Below the pieces are notes generated by a model. It ran no database searches, was not told where the DNA came from, and saw only the letters and a list, made by a program, of their open reading frames with translations. Shown piece by piece: positions 33,101 through 44,706 of a DNA stretch of 64,000 nt. A program made the translations under genes and the position numbers. Each line of letters opens with the position of its first letter. Positions within the stretch are counted from its first letter, which is position 1. The stretch comes from an uncultured Planctomycetaceae bacterium (lineage in GTDB: Bacteria > Planctomycetota > Planctomycetia > Isosphaerales > Isosphaeraceae), in NCBI GenBank assembly GCA_963833985.1, contig CAWIAD010000001.1, forward strand, positions 3,040,001 through 3,104,000, in the 5' to 3' direction.

Positions 33101-34875
33101 CCTTCTTCGGCTCCGCCTGAGACGCGTCACCTCGAGAGGGCTTCACACTTTCCTTCTTCGCCTCCGCGGGAGTGTTGTCCCTGGGCGGAGCGGCGGGTGG
33201 CCTTGGCGCGGGCCGCGGCTCGCTTTCGGCGCGCGGTCCGCGCCCGGTTCCCTGGCCCGTCCGTCCCGGTCCGCCGGGTCCGCCGGGCCTGGCCTCGCCG
33301 CGCGGGCCGGCCCCACCACCGCGTCGCGCTCCGGGACGAGCCTCGGCGGCGCCAGCGTCCGGCGGCTTGACCTCGAACTTCAGGCCGTCGACCAGCACGA
33401 GCTTCGCTCGGGCCGCCTCGTCCTGGAAGGCGGCCGTGAACGCCACCACGTGACCTAGCTTGCCGGGCTCCAGCGTGCCCAGCCTGCGATCCACGCCCGC
33501 GATCCTGGCGGCCTGGACCGTCAAGGCCGATAGCGCCTGGTCGGCCGTCAGTCCGTGCGCGATCAGCGCGCGCAACTGGGCCGGAAACGTGTCCAGCCGC
33601 TCCAGTCCCTCGGTGGCCAGCGCGAAGGGAATGCCCGCCTTCACCAGCGCCGCGGCCGTGGCGACCTGCTCTCTCCAGATCTCGCGGCGATGCACCAGCA
33701 GTTTCAGAGCGTCTTCCCGCTCGAGGGCCGGGCGATTGCGATACTCCTCCTCGGTGGGCACCTTGGGTTCCTCGGCAAAGCTCATGGGCAAGACGACCGC
33801 GACATGCTCTGCCTTGAGCCGGTCGCTCACCTTGGCGGCCTCGCGGCCGCCGACGATCACCGCCGTGGTGCCGAATTCGGCCGCCAAGTCGAGCGCGCGG
33901 TGAATCTCGTCGCGCGTCTCGGCCTGCCACCATACGGGCAGCTTCTTGTTCCGTGCCCGCCACAGCGCCTCGAGCGCAGGGTCAAAGGGCGCGCGCACGG
34001 AGCCGCCGTCCTGATCCAGGGTGATCAGCTTCTGGTGATACTCGGAGTCAAGCATGGCCTGCCGCAGGTGGGCCACAACACCCATCAGCGCGGGGATACG
34101 GGTTCTCGGTGCCGCCCGGCTCGGCGGCCTGCCGGCGCCGGAACTGGCCCTGAGGCACTTGCGGCTGTCCCGGTGCGGCCGCGCCTGCGCCATCGGTTGG
34201 CTGCGAGAGATGGATGCGCAGCGCGACGGGCGCCTTGATCAGGGCCTCGCGGCGTGGCAGGCCGCTCAAGCTCACCAGTGCGCTCTGGCCCGTTGCGATG
34301 GCTCCTCCAGGGGCGGAGAGGAAGTCGGTGAACCCCAGCCTGCGCCGGGGCTCTGCAAGGGCCTCGTTCAGCTCCAGGGCCCCGGCCGCCTCGAATTCCG
34401 GGGTCAACCCGCGGCGATTGTCGGCCGGCGTGGCGGCCAGGGGAGACTCGCCCAGGTCAACCGGGCGCCCACGTCCGGTCGCCGAGCGTTCGACGCCGGG
34501 ACGCTGGCCGATCGTGGTGAACAGGTCGATGAAGCCGGGGTAGACCACCAGCCCCTTGCCGTCGACCACCTCCGCGTCGAAGGGCACCGTGACCTCCCTG
34601 GCTGGCCCGACCGCCTCGATCACCCCGCGCCGGACCACGATCGTTCCCGGCTCGAAGACCTTCCCGGGTGCCGCGATGATCTTCGCATCACGGATGGCGT
34701 ATGCGATCGGGTACCCGTCGCGCGGCCGCGCCGGGTCGTCGTCGCCCCGCGCCGTCGTGATCACCGGCCGGCCGGCCGCAAGCCATGCCATCGTCATCAG
34801 CAATGACACGGTGTAAAGCAAGAAGCGGCCCAGCGCTGCCGCGGAACGCGAGACGGGACGGGAGGATCGTCGCAT
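30190..34875 (-). CDS. Large secreted triple-amidohydrolase-domain protein (apparent frameshifts ~34085 and ~31790; 3' end uncertain)
   Basis: ORFs 34048..34926, 31674..34193 and 29635..31908 abut. Three amidohydrolase units: PGFIDLFT..GTLEPGK; PGIIDTHSH..KFALGEN..HSHCYR..QHVLEG..IKSD..GSIEVGKDGD; PGLVDAGT..GSLETGKRAN. Confidence 0.8.
33019..33167 (-). repeat. 51-bp coding tandem repeat x3 (xExKKExVxPxxxDAS)
   Basis: Units begin at 33019, 33070 and 33121 on the + strand; they lie in the linker between amidohydrolase domains. Confidence 0.85.
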
Positions 34876-35306
34876 GGTGAAGGTCGCTCCGGATCGAATT
34901 CCAGCGGAGTGCCGGCACAGTGGCACCGGCCTGGTGGACGAGCGGAAACCGGGATCGGGCGGGAGAGGTTACGCCCGGGCAGACGTGCCTGTCTGCACCG
35001 GAATGCTACCAGAGATTGGACCCAACATGGCCTCAGCCATCAAGCCCCGACTCCGCTCACTCCCTGGAATGGCGTCTTTTCTCGGTTCGATGGACCGGGT
35101 TCTCATGGAACCTGGCCGTCTCGGTCTGTCGCACGCGCCCGGTTCGGTCTCCGATCCGCCCACGCCAGCCTGACTGCGCACCGGTCATGCCCCCGTTTCT
35201 TGTGGCCAGCCGGCACCCGGCCACGACAGAATGGACGTCCCGTGAGACACTTTCAGTCTTTCTCTCACAGCAACCCACACACTCCTTCAAAACGTCGGGA
35301 GGTACC

Positions 35307-37126
35307 ATGAGCGTCGACGAGGCACAGAAATGCGCGGTTCGAGGGCGGGCATGCCGAGGTCCGGCCGAGCTGGCGGTCGCTCTGGCGGCATGCCTGCTGC
35401 TCATGGGTTCCGGGCACGCCGAGGACGTGTGGACCTACCACAATGACAACCTCCGCACAGGCGTGAACCCCGCCGAGACCGAGCTCACGCCCGAGCGGGT
35501 CAGGACCGCGTTCGGCCGACTCTTCTCCCGCACGGTCGACGGCTACGTCTATGCCCAGCCGCTGTTCATGCAAGGCATCGAGGTCATGGGCCAGGGGAAG
35601 CACAACGTCGTGTTCATCGCCACGCAGCACGATAGTGTCTATGCGTTCGACGCCGATGCGGCCCCGCCTGCCGGCTCCGCGCCGCTCTGGATGGCTCGTT
35701 TTGTCGATCCCGCGAACAGGATCACCACGGTTCCCGCCAATCGTACGGAACGGGAGGGCCCCAATGACCTGGGTCCTTGCCACTGCGTGGACATCGTTCC
35801 AGAGATCGGTATCACGGGCACTCCCGTCATCGACCGTGCTTCCGGAACGCTCTACGCGGTGGCCAAGACCAAGGAGATCTACGGCGGCCATACGCACTAC
35901 GTCCAGCGGCTGCACGCCCTTGACATCCGTGATGGCTCCGAGAGGTTCGGCGGCCCCGCCACGATCGCCGACACCATCAGCGATGACGGCAAGACATTCC
36001 AGTATGTTCAGGGACCCACCGTGCCGGGAACCGGCGAGAGCAACGATGGCAACGGCCACGTGTACCTCAATGCCCTGCGCGAGAACCAGAGGCCGGGCCT
36101 TGCCCTTGCGCGCAGAGCACAGGGGGAAAGATGCGCAAGGTCGTCTATGTTGCCTGGGCATCGCACTGCGACACCGCCCCCGCGCATGGTTGGCTCGTCG
36201 GCTATGACGGCGCCAGCCTGGAGGTCGCGGGCGTCTTCTGCACCACGCCCAACGCCACATCCTCGCGAACCTGCTTGCCCGACGATTTCGCCGCGGGCGG
36301 CATCTGGCAGTCCGGAGGCGCCCCCGCGATCGACGCCGCGGGTGCCATCTACTTTTCCACAGGAAACGGCGTCTTTGATCCACTCGATGCCATGGGATTC
36401 CCACGCTCGGGAGATTACGGCGATTCGGTCCTGAAACTGGTGGCCGACGCCTCCACCGCCGCCGCCCCGAACGTGGGCGGATGGGGACTGAAAGTGGCCG
36501 ATTATTTCACGCCCTTCGACCAGAACACCATGGAGGAGCGCGATGCCGACCTGGGGTCCGGCGGAGTTGTTCTGGTGAACGATCAGCCCGTGCCGGGAAA
36601 GCAGATCGTGCTCGCCGCCGGCAAGGAGGGAACCATCTACGTGCTCGACTCCGCGAACATGGGTAAGTTCCATGCGGGCGACAACAGCCAGATACTCCAG
36701 TCGCTGCCGGCCGCCACTCACGCGGTCTTCGGCACGCCCGCCGTCTTCCAGGGCAGGGTTTACTATCTCGCTTCCCGCGACATGCTGAAGGCGTTCCAGA
36801 TCAAATCCGGGATGCTCTCGCCCTGGAACCCCACGCAGCAGAACCAGGTTTTCCAGTTCCCCGGCGCGACGGTGAGCATCTCTTCCCAGGGTGCGGCCCA
36901 TGGCATCGTCTGGGCCCTGCGCACCGACAGTTACAGCACGGTGGGCGGGCACGTCTCGCTGTACGCCTTCGGCGCCGACGATCTGAAACCTCTCTACAAC
37001 AGCGATGCGACACCCAACCAGGGGCTCCCCGGCGGGGCCGTCAAGTTCGCCGTCCCGACCGTGGCCAACGGCAAGGTCTACTTCGGCACCCAGTCCACGC
37101 TCGAGGTCTTCGGCCTCTTGAAATGA
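35307..37126 (+). CDS. Secreted PQQ-like beta-propeller repeat protein (apparent frameshift ~36120)
   Basis: RBS GGGAGG; DVWTYHNDNLRTG, VYAQPL, EIGITGTPVID, NQRPGL, then GGIWQSG, DADLGSGG, KFAVPTVANGKVY in the next frame. Confidence 0.82.
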
Positions 37127-37207
37127 CTGCACGACCCGAGAGAGCTACGGGCGCATCAAACCGCTTCTGAGGACCGGCCCGTCGGCCTGGTCCCATCCTC
37201 CCCAGGC

Positions 37208-38512
37208 CTATTCGTTCGCGGACTTCTCGAGCTCCTGGATCTCCTCCCGGACCTGGTAGATCAGGTCCGGGCGATGCAGCCTCGGGAGGATGTCCTTCAG
37301 CACTTTCAAGGCACCCGGCGGGTCGTCCTGGTCGTCTCGCTTCAGTTCGGCCAGTAGCCGGGCAGCGCGGCACAGCGGGAACTCCGAGGTCTCGGCGGCC
37401 AGGGCTGCCCGCAGCAGCTGCTCGCCCTTGTCCGCATGATCGTCGCCGCGCAGGTCCTGCACCCGCCGCTCGCGAACCACCACCCGGGCCATGAGCGGCA
37501 GTGCGGGTTCGCCAGCCAGCTTCGCCAGCATCTCTCCAAACGCGCCGTCGTCCGGCAGGGCGTCCTCAAGCTGGTCCAGCAGTCCAGCCAGCTCATCCTC
37601 GGAATCGCCCAGCGACTTCCGGAGCGTTGCGATGAGCAGATCGCGCGACCGCCCGGACTGGTGCTCGCGGGCGAGCATTGCGGCAGCACGGAGGGTCAAG
37701 TCCAGCCGATCGCTCCGGTCCAGGTCCGGAAAATCCGCATCGAGCGCCTCGATCGACCGCAGCGCCGCCTCGCTGCGCCCCGACCGCAGGGCGCGCAGGG
37801 CCTCAAGGATCCGCCGCCAGCCGGCCGCCTCGGCATCGTCCGGCCGGAACCAGCGGTCCATCCAGCGATCGGCCTCCGCGTAACGCCCCAGCGCGATGCA
37901 GCAATAGGCGCCGGCGTAGTGCACCTCGGCGATGCCGGAAAAATCGGCTGCCTGCTCGACCATCCGCTGGCAGTAGGGAAGGCAGGCGGCGTAGTCTTTT
38001 CTGTCGTCGAAGAGCACGTCGATGATCTGCATCGTGGCCTCGGCCCTCCATACCGAATCTCCGTGCTTCTGGACCAGCTCATTCCAGACCTCCAGCGCGT
38101 GGGAGTCGTCCTCGAGCCCCCGGTAGGCGTGACCAAGCTGGAGCAGGGCGTCGTCGGCCCATGTGTCGGCCGCCAGCTCGGTCCGGAACGGCGCCAGCTC
38201 CTCGACCGCCCCGTCAAACTCCTCGGACTTCACCAGGCAATACCCGGTCCAGAACCGCGCCTCGCGGCCGCGCGGGTCTTCCGGGTGTTCCCGGCGGAAC
38301 TCGCGGAACTTCGCGACGGCCTCGGACCAATCCTCCCGCTCGGAAAGCGATTTCGCCACGGCGAAGCGAGCCGCGGCCGCGGCCGAGCCCGCGGGCGGTG
38401 GATCTTTCTCGTTCCCACTCAGTCCTGCCGCCAGTAACGTTGCCGGCCCTGGCCCCAACTCCCCCGCCGGTGCCACTGCGAGCAGGGCGACGACCAACCA
38501 CGATCGCTTCAT
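37208..38512 (-). CDS. Secreted tetratricopeptide-repeat protein
   Basis: Signal peptide MKRSWLVVALL; TPR patterns EARFWTGYC, ADDALLQLGHAY, EVHYAGAYC. Confidence 0.8.
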   Translation of the reverse strand: MKRSWLVVALLAVAPAGELGPGPATLLAAGLSGNEKDPPPAGSAAAAARFAVAKSLSEREDWSEAVAKFREFRREHPEDPRGREARFWTGYCLVKSEEFDGAVEELAPFRTELAADTWADDALLQLGHAYRGLEDDSHALEVWNELVQKHGDSVWRAEATMQIIDVLFDDRKDYAACLPYCQRMVEQAADFSGIAEVHYAGAYCCIALGRYAEADRWMDRWFRPDDAEAAGWRRILEALRALRSGRSEAALRSIEALDADFPDLDRSDRLDLTLRAAAMLAREHQSGRSRDLLIATLRKSLGDSEDELAGLLDQLEDALPDDGAFGEMLAKLAGEPALPLMARVVVRERRVQDLRGDDHADKGEQLLRAALAAETSEFPLCRAARLLAELKRDDQDDPPGALKVLKDILPRLHRPDLIYQVREEIQELEKSANE

Positions 38513-38556
38513 CTCTGGATCTCCTGCGACATTGCGGACCAGTTCCGCACGCCATC

Positions 38557-39189
38557 TCAGGCGCCTGGTGGGACGGATCGGACGGTGCGCGCGTGCCTTG
38601 CCATGCGGCTCCGCCCGCCAGGGCCCGGCTGCTTCAGGAAGGCCAGGGGCTCGAGCCGCGCCGCGCGGTCTGGATTTGTGTTGGCCAGCTCGATGGCGAG
38701 CATCTCGACGGAGGGTGGACGCTTTCCCGGCCGTGTCCGCGCCAGCACCAGCGCGCTCATCGCGGGATCCGCCCGGTCCGATCCGCAGTTGGCCCACTGG
38801 TACAGGGCGATCTCCGGGCCGGCAAGCCGCGGCCCCGAGGCCAGGAGATGCCGCCTGGAAGCCAGGGCAGGGGCCTTGATTTCCGACGGCCGTGAAAGAA
38901 CGGCTCCCGAAGGACTTCTTTGTGATGGACGGGACAGAACCAGAATCGCCGCCAGGCCGGCAGCGGCCGCCAGCACTCCAGCCGCGACCACAGCCAGCCC
39001 GCGCCGTGAACCGCGCCACGCCACGCCGGGGCGGTGGCGACGGGCCAGGCCGCGGAGCACGGCCAGCCGGTCCAGGTAACGCTGTGCGTCCTCGCTCTCC
39101 GCGGCGAGATCGGCCGTCTCGGCGTGCCGTGTTGCAGGCAGCTCGCCGTCGAAGTATTGCTCCAGGGTGAAGCGCAGCTCGTCGTTCAT
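38557..39189 (-). CDS. Anti-sigma factor (single TM, no zinc motif)
   Basis: LEQYFDGEL N-terminal ASD pattern and one TM helix; start overlaps the ECF sigma stop. Confidence 0.75.
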   Translation of the reverse strand: MNDELRFTLEQYFDGELPATRHAETADLAAESEDAQRYLDRLAVLRGLARRHRPGVAWRGSRRGLAVVAAGVLAAAAGLAAILVLSRPSQRSPSGAVLSRPSEIKAPALASRRHLLASGPRLAGPEIALYQWANCGSDRADPAMSALVLARTRPGKRPPSVEMLAIELANTNPDRAARLEPLAFLKQPGPGGRSRMARHARTVRSVPPGA

Positions 39190-39752
39190 GGCAGCCGCTC
39201 CTCGATCTGCTCCTTGAGATCTTCCAGCAGCCGGGCGCGGGCCCGGTGCAGCCGGCTCATCACGGTTCCCAGCGGGCAGCCCAGCGCCTCGGCCACCGCC
39301 TGGTAGCTCAGACCCTCCGCCTCATGCATCAGGAACACCGCGCGCTGTTCCGGAGAGAGCCGCCCAAGCGCCTGCTCGTAGGCCCGGACCAGCGCGGTCT
39401 CGCTCAGCCCCGGCCGGGACGCCAGGGCGGCACCGGCCTGTTCGGAAAGCGGCACCATCCTGCGCCTCTGAGCGGTGCCTCGGTGCGTCAGGTTGATGGC
39501 GATCCGCGTGATCCAGGTACTCACGCGGCTTTCGCCGCGGAACCGGCCGAACCCGCGCCAGGCGCGGAGGTAGGTCTCCTGCACCACGTCGTCCACGTCA
39601 CAGCCGCGCAGGCCGAGCCGGCCAAGGAACCGACGCAGCCCAGGCTCGGAGCGTTCCACGATCCGCGCGAACCGGTCTGGATCGCTCGCGGAGCCATCAC
39701 CGGACGGGCACACCGGCTCTCCCATCAGCGCGTCTCCCGGACCGTCAGCCAT
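39186..39752 (-). CDS. ECF RNA polymerase sigma factor
   Basis: DDVVQETYLRAW..FRGESRVSTWITRIA; LSPEQRAVF..SYQAVAEALGCPLGTVMSRLHRAR. Start 39752 or 39725. Confidence 0.92.
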   Translation of the reverse strand: MADGPGDALMGEPVCPSGDGSASDPDRFARIVERSEPGLRRFLGRLGLRGCDVDDVVQETYLRAWRGFGRFRGESRVSTWITRIAINLTHRGTAQRRRMVPLSEQAGAALASRPGLSETALVRAYEQALGRLSPEQRAVFLMHEAEGLSYQAVAEALGCPLGTVMSRLHRARARLLEDLKEQIEERLP

Positions 39753-39898
39753 GACCACTGGCCCGGGCCATCCGCACGAATGGAGCCGGCCGCCAGATCG
39801 TAGCAATCTGACCCCCTCATCGTGCCGCATCGGACCCCCTCCGGGAAGGGAGCAATCGAGCGAGAGTGGAACGAAGCAAGCGGCAGAGGCCTGAACCC

Positions 39899-40849
39899 TC
39901 AAGCGTCGTCGTCATCGTCATCGTCATCGTCGTTCGCCTCGACGTCGATCGACTTGCCGTCCGCCGACACCGAGACCGTGACCCCTTTGCCTTCCTTGTC
40001 TTCGCCCTCCAGCTCGTAACTGGTGACGACCTGCCGGCAAACGGAGGCGGCCGAGCCGGGCTGGAAGGTTGGCAGCCTTTCCTTGAGCGCATTCGAGATC
40101 GCTGCCGGCACGTCCTCGATTTCCAGCTCGGTGCGGATTGATCCATCTCCGTTCTCGTCGATCAGTGCCGTCACGTCGTGCTCCTGCGCGTCGCTGCCCG
40201 CGGCCTCGAACGTCGTCTCCTCGCCCACCTTGCGGACGGCCTTGTTCCACGTCACCCCGGAGACCGATTTCACCAGCTCGGCCAGCGGATGTGGCAGGTT
40301 CTTCAAATCCAGGGCGGTTTCCACCGACGCCACGTGTAGCTTCAGCTCCACCGCGACCTCCACGGCGGCTCCCTTCGCGTCGGTGCCCTTGAGGGTGTAG
40401 GTCGTCTCCTCCTCGTCCTCCTCGGTCCGGATGACGGCCTCCGACCACGTCGCGCCGGGAACGGCCTTCTCGGCCTGAGATCGCACGCCCGCAGGTAGCT
40501 CCGCAAGCGCCTCGTGGCCGAGACTGATTTCCAGGGACTGCACCTTCCCCTCGGCGGAGATCTCCACCTGGGCCTCATGTCCCCGGGGGTTGGTCCCTTC
40601 CAGACGGTAAACGGCGCCGTCGTCCTCGGTCTCCTTCACCGCTTCGGTCCATTTCGCGCCGGGGAGGGCCTTGTCGGCCGCCTGTCGCACCGCCGCCGGC
40701 ACCTCGGCCACCTCGAGGCGCTGGTCATCGTCATCCCGGGCGCCGCCCAGGCCCATCAGTCCGAGCACGCAGATCATGGATAAGGCTCCGGCACACGCCG
40801 CTGACATGGTCTGTCTCCTTTTTGAAAGGGACTCCTTCTCACTCGCCAT
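39899..40849 (-). CDS. Secreted PepSY-like/BLIP-like repeat protein with poly-Asp tail
   Basis: Four repeats of xPxxV...PG..W..A..E.....YxLxG.D..G..V.V; ends DDDDDDDDA. Confidence 0.75.
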   Translation of the reverse strand: MASEKESLSKRRQTMSAACAGALSMICVLGLMGLGGARDDDDQRLEVAEVPAAVRQAADKALPGAKWTEAVKETEDDGAVYRLEGTNPRGHEAQVEISAEGKVQSLEISLGHEALAELPAGVRSQAEKAVPGATWSEAVIRTEEDEEETTYTLKGTDAKGAAVEVAVELKLHVASVETALDLKNLPHPLAELVKSVSGVTWNKAVRKVGEETTFEAAGSDAQEHDVTALIDENGDGSIRTELEIEDVPAAISNALKERLPTFQPGSAASVCRQVVTSYELEGEDKEGKGVTVSVSADGKSIDVEANDDDDDDDDDA

Positions 40850-41052
40850 CGAAGAGTCGTGAGCTTGGAGCCGCGGGCGTGTCGATTATTCCGCCACATC
40901 GAAAAAGAATCGACAGTCGCTACGGCGGATCGGACGGGAGGACGGCGCACCAGGTACATTCGACAGGATGCTACCGGTCCGCGGCTGCCGGCACAGGGGC
41001 CGCAACGGGGTCACGGCCCGTGCGGCTCCGGCCGGGACGGGTCGTCAGGCCC

Positions 41053-41436
41053 TCATGTGCGCCGGGCGGGCTCGCCGGTGGGCGGAAACGCGTAGACCAC
41101 AATTCGATGGCCGTCGCTGTCACTCAGCTCGATAGCCTCTCCCCAGCCCATCGATTGCTCGCCAAAGTTCCGGATGCCGCTGGCCGAAAGGTGGGCCTTC
41201 ATGGCCGCCATGTCATCCACTTCAAAACCCAGCTCGATCGTGCGCGAGGGCTCCGCGCCGGTGGCCTTCGGAGGCGTGGCAAGGGTGACGTCGCACCCGT
41301 CCGAGCGTAGGTACACGAAGTCCGGCGGATGGGACCGGTCGGGATCCTCGACCATGCCGAACGCGTTCAGGTACAGTTTTTTTGAATACTGGGGGTTGGC
41401 GACCTGCAGGTTGATCGTCGCGAGCCTGATGTTCAT
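41053..41436 (-). CDS. VOC (glyoxalase/bleomycin resistance) family protein
   Basis: INLQVAN..LGFEVDD..GWG....DSDGHRI. Confidence 0.88.
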   Translation of the reverse strand: MNIRLATINLQVANPQYSKKLYLNAFGMVEDPDRSHPPDFVYLRSDGCDVTLATPPKATGAEPSRTIELGFEVDDMAAMKAHLSASGIRNFGEQSMGWGEAIELSDSDGHRIVVYAFPPTGEPARRT

Positions 41437-41489
41437 GGCGGCCTCCGGCGGGAGCGGGCGTGGGCGGTTTCGCTCTCCACGCGGACATC

Positions 41490-42367
41490 TTACGCGACAG
41501 GGTCCGGCCCGTCTTGAACGAACGCGACATCGTGCGCTGCCAGCCACGCTTTCCTTGCCGCGCAGTCACGGGCGAACCGGGCCGGCGTCATGCCGCTGTA
41601 CCTGCGGAATGGCGGGTCATGTGCGGCTGGTCCGCATAGCCGGCCTCATGGGCCAGCCGGGACAGGTCCGTGTCCGGGTCGTTCCAGATCGCGTCGCGCA
41701 CCTGCTGGAACCGAGCGAGGCAGGCAAGCTGCCTGGGCGACGTTCCCGTGAGCCTGCGGACTTGCCGCTCGAGCTGTCGGCCGGATGTCGCGCGTTCGCC
41801 GGCGACCGCAGCGGTCGGGCGCCGCAACGGACCCAGAAAGGGCCCGACCATCCGATCGCCGGGAGTCGCGCGTCCGAGCCGCTCGACGAGCACCTCGTCG
41901 AAAACACCGGTGAGGGAAATCCAGTCGCAGCGCTGGACTCGCTTCAGGATGTCCGCACGCCGGGAGCCGAACACGTCACTCGCGTCCAGCCAGCCACGGG
42001 CGGGAACCTTGAGGTCCCGAGCGTCCGGCGCGAAGGTCCCGAGTGTCCAGGCGTAAATCCGGGCGGCCATGCAGTGGACGACACCAGCCGCCTCGAACCG
42101 AAGCGGCTCCGTGAGCAGCCCCACCAGGAAGCAGGCCGGCAGCCTCTCCCTGCCTCCCTCGCCCACTGCGTAGAGTTCCTCAGCACAGCAGACCAGCTCG
42201 CCGTAGCAATCCGGCGTGATCGTGAGCCCGCCCATCGCCGCCAGGTCGCGGGCACTCGCCCAGTATTCCACCACGAACGGCCGGAGCACGGGGTGCGGCT
42301 GGCAACTGAACCGTCCCACGGCCGGCGCTGGCTTCCCGGTTGCCTCGTGCGAGACCTTTCTCGTCAT
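41490..42367 (-). CDS. AraC-family regulator (two apparent single-base deletions at the 3' end)
   Basis: PHPVLRPFVVEYW..ITPD; HTH SGRQLERQVRRLTGTSPRQLA..LAHEAGYADQPHMTRH. Restoring two bases gives FRRYSGMTPARFA..DVAFVQD with stop at 41490. Confidence 0.8.
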
Positions 42368-42699
42368 CAAAGAATTGCCCCCCGACAATTGTCGCGGTCC
42401 CCGTGATTCGCCGTCTGCTCCGACCCCATGGTATACAGACGAGGCGGAATGAGTGTCCGGGAGGGCGCTGCATGGCCCAAGGTCAGTTGTCACCCGGCTC
42501 TCAAGCGCCTCGCAACCCCTATCGATGTCATTCTGCAAGCATACTTTGTTTCTGCCCGCAAGCCATTTCAGCATTCCCCATCGAAGGTGATAAGATCTTG
42601 GCGGTGCGCGGCGATCCCGCCAGGACCAGGCCCGCGTGTATTTGGAGGCGGCGATCTGCCGGGAACGGGATCGGAGTACACGTGCCGGCCTGACGATCA

Positions 42700-44343
42700 T
42701 CACGGTTTGATATCCTGGCCCCAGTCCGTATGATCCGGGCCGGGCCACTCATCCACGAAACTGCGCCGAGCCCAGTCGTTCCAGGCGGCTACCAGCTTTG
42801 CGGCACGCTCGGGCTCCTGCGTGATCAGGTCGTGCTGCTCGGTGCGGTCGGCCTCCATGTCGAAGAGCTGCCAGGGCTGCCGGTGACGCAGGACCAGCTT
42901 CCACTTCCCATCGCGCACGGCCTTGTTTCCCTCGTGCTCCCAGAAGATCGGCGCGGTGCGGCCAAGCGGTTTTCCCTCGAAGGCGGGGCGCAGGCTCACC
43001 CCCTGCATCGGCTCGATGGCCTGGCCGCCATAGGCGCGCGGGTAGGAGACGCCGGCAAGTTCGACGGCTGTCGCCATGACGTCGATCAGGTGCACCGGCT
43101 GCTTCTTGAGCGTTCCGCGACGCTGCGCCGGTATCCCCGCCGGCCAGTGGGCGATGAGCGGCGTGCTGATACCCCCCTCGTGCGTGAAGTGTTTGTAGCG
43201 GCGGAACGGCGTGTTGGCCAGCGTCGCCCAGTCCATGCCAAGAAGCACGTAAGACTGCGGGCCGCCAATCGGACCCTCACCACGCGTGACGCCGGGCGGA
43301 CCACCTTCCGCGTTGCCGCCGTTATCGCTCAGGAACAGGATCAAGGTGTTCTCGAGCAATCCCCGCGGCTCCAGTCCCGCAACCAGGTTGCCCAGGGCAA
43401 GGTCGATCCGTTCAATCATCGCCGCGTAGACGGCCATGATCTCATCGAAGCGCTGTCGCCGGTCGTCAGCCCGCGTCTCCCAGGCAGGCACGTCCGGCGG
43501 GCGCGCCGTAAGGCTCCAGCGCGGGTCGATCAGGCCCAGAGCGAGCTGCCTTGCGTAACGCTGATCGCGGAGCGCGTCCCAGCCTGCGAGGTAACGGCCC
43601 CGGTATTTCGCGATGGTCTCCGCCGGTGCGCGGAGCGGGAAATGCACAGCCCCTTGCGCGAGGTACAGGAAGAAGGGCTTCTTCTCCGCGCGTGCCTCAT
43701 CGATGAACTTCAGGCCCCACTCGGTGAAGAGGTCCGTCGAGTACCAGTCCTTGCCGAAGACCGGCGAATCCTTCGGCAGTTCCCGGCCGTTCAGGTAGAG
43801 GTTCACCGTCCCCGGCCGGTCGGACTCCCTGGGGAAGTAGATCTCACCAAAGCGCGAGTTGAGCGAGCGCTGAAAGCCCCGGTTCCAGGGAGCGCAACCG
43901 TGCTGCTGGCCGAGGTGCCACTTCCCCGCCATCGCCGTGAAGTAACCGGCGTCGCGGAGGACCTCGGCGATCGTCACTGACCGTGGCAGGAGCCGGCCTC
44001 GAATCCCCTTCGATCGCGGCTCGACCCGGGTATCGAGCCAGCCCATGCCGGCCTGATGCGGATAGAGGCCCGTCAACAGCGACGCCCGCGAAGGGCTGCA
44101 CCGCGCCGCGTTGTAAGCCTGCGTGAAGCGAACCCCCCGCGCGGCGAGCCGGTCAAGGTTGGGCGTGGGCACCTCGCCGCCGTAGCAGCCGATGTCGGAG
44201 AAGCCCATGTCGTCGACGAGCACGACAATGATGTTCGGCCGCTCGGCCGCGCTGGCCGGACAGTTCAGTCCAGAGCAGCCGCTCAGGAGAAGCAAGCAAG
44301 CGATCGACGTTCGCATGGTCCTGGTACCTGGTTGAGCCTTCAT
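42700..44343 (-). CDS. Arylsulfatase (formylglycine-dependent)
   Basis: PNIIVVLVDDMG, CSPSRASLLTG, GKWHLG, SDNG. Confidence 0.95.
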   Translation of the reverse strand: MKAQPGTRTMRTSIACLLLLSGCSGLNCPASAAERPNIIVVLVDDMGFSDIGCYGGEVPTPNLDRLAARGVRFTQAYNAARCSPSRASLLTGLYPHQAGMGWLDTRVEPRSKGIRGRLLPRSVTIAEVLRDAGYFTAMAGKWHLGQQHGCAPWNRGFQRSLNSRFGEIYFPRESDRPGTVNLYLNGRELPKDSPVFGKDWYSTDLFTEWGLKFIDEARAEKKPFFLYLAQGAVHFPLRAPAETIAKYRGRYLAGWDALRDQRYARQLALGLIDPRWSLTARPPDVPAWETRADDRRQRFDEIMAVYAAMIERIDLALGNLVAGLEPRGLLENTLILFLSDNGGNAEGGPPGVTRGEGPIGGPQSYVLLGMDWATLANTPFRRYKHFTHEGGISTPLIAHWPAGIPAQRRGTLKKQPVHLIDVMATAVELAGVSYPRAYGGQAIEPMQGVSLRPAFEGKPLGRTAPIFWEHEGNKAVRDGKWKLVLRHRQPWQLFDMEADRTEQHDLITQEPERAAKLVAAWNDWARRSFVDEWPGPDHTDWGQDIKP

Positions 44344-44706
44344 GAGATGGGCCGCTCGCGGGGAGAAGCAGGATCAGCCGGCTTCCGTTTGACACGACCT
44401 TCGAGAGACGCCCGCATGGCCGCGATCCGGATCGCGGATGCCCGAAGATCGACAATCGATCAGCCGACGACGATACCGGTGCGGCGGAGGCATCGAAAGC
44501 CCCTGACCGGCCTTCGCCCTTTGTGGAGATCCTTGACTGAGCGGAGGGCCACAGTATGATAGCCCAAGGCTGGGTCGGCCGTGGATTCTCTTGTCGCGAT
44601 TCCGATTCCCCAACACTTCTGAAGTCGCCTCGGACGCCGCGAGACACTTGTCTGCATCTCCTTCGTCTTGCCGCAGGCTCTTCGGAAGAGAGGAGAGGTC
44701 GCTGCT

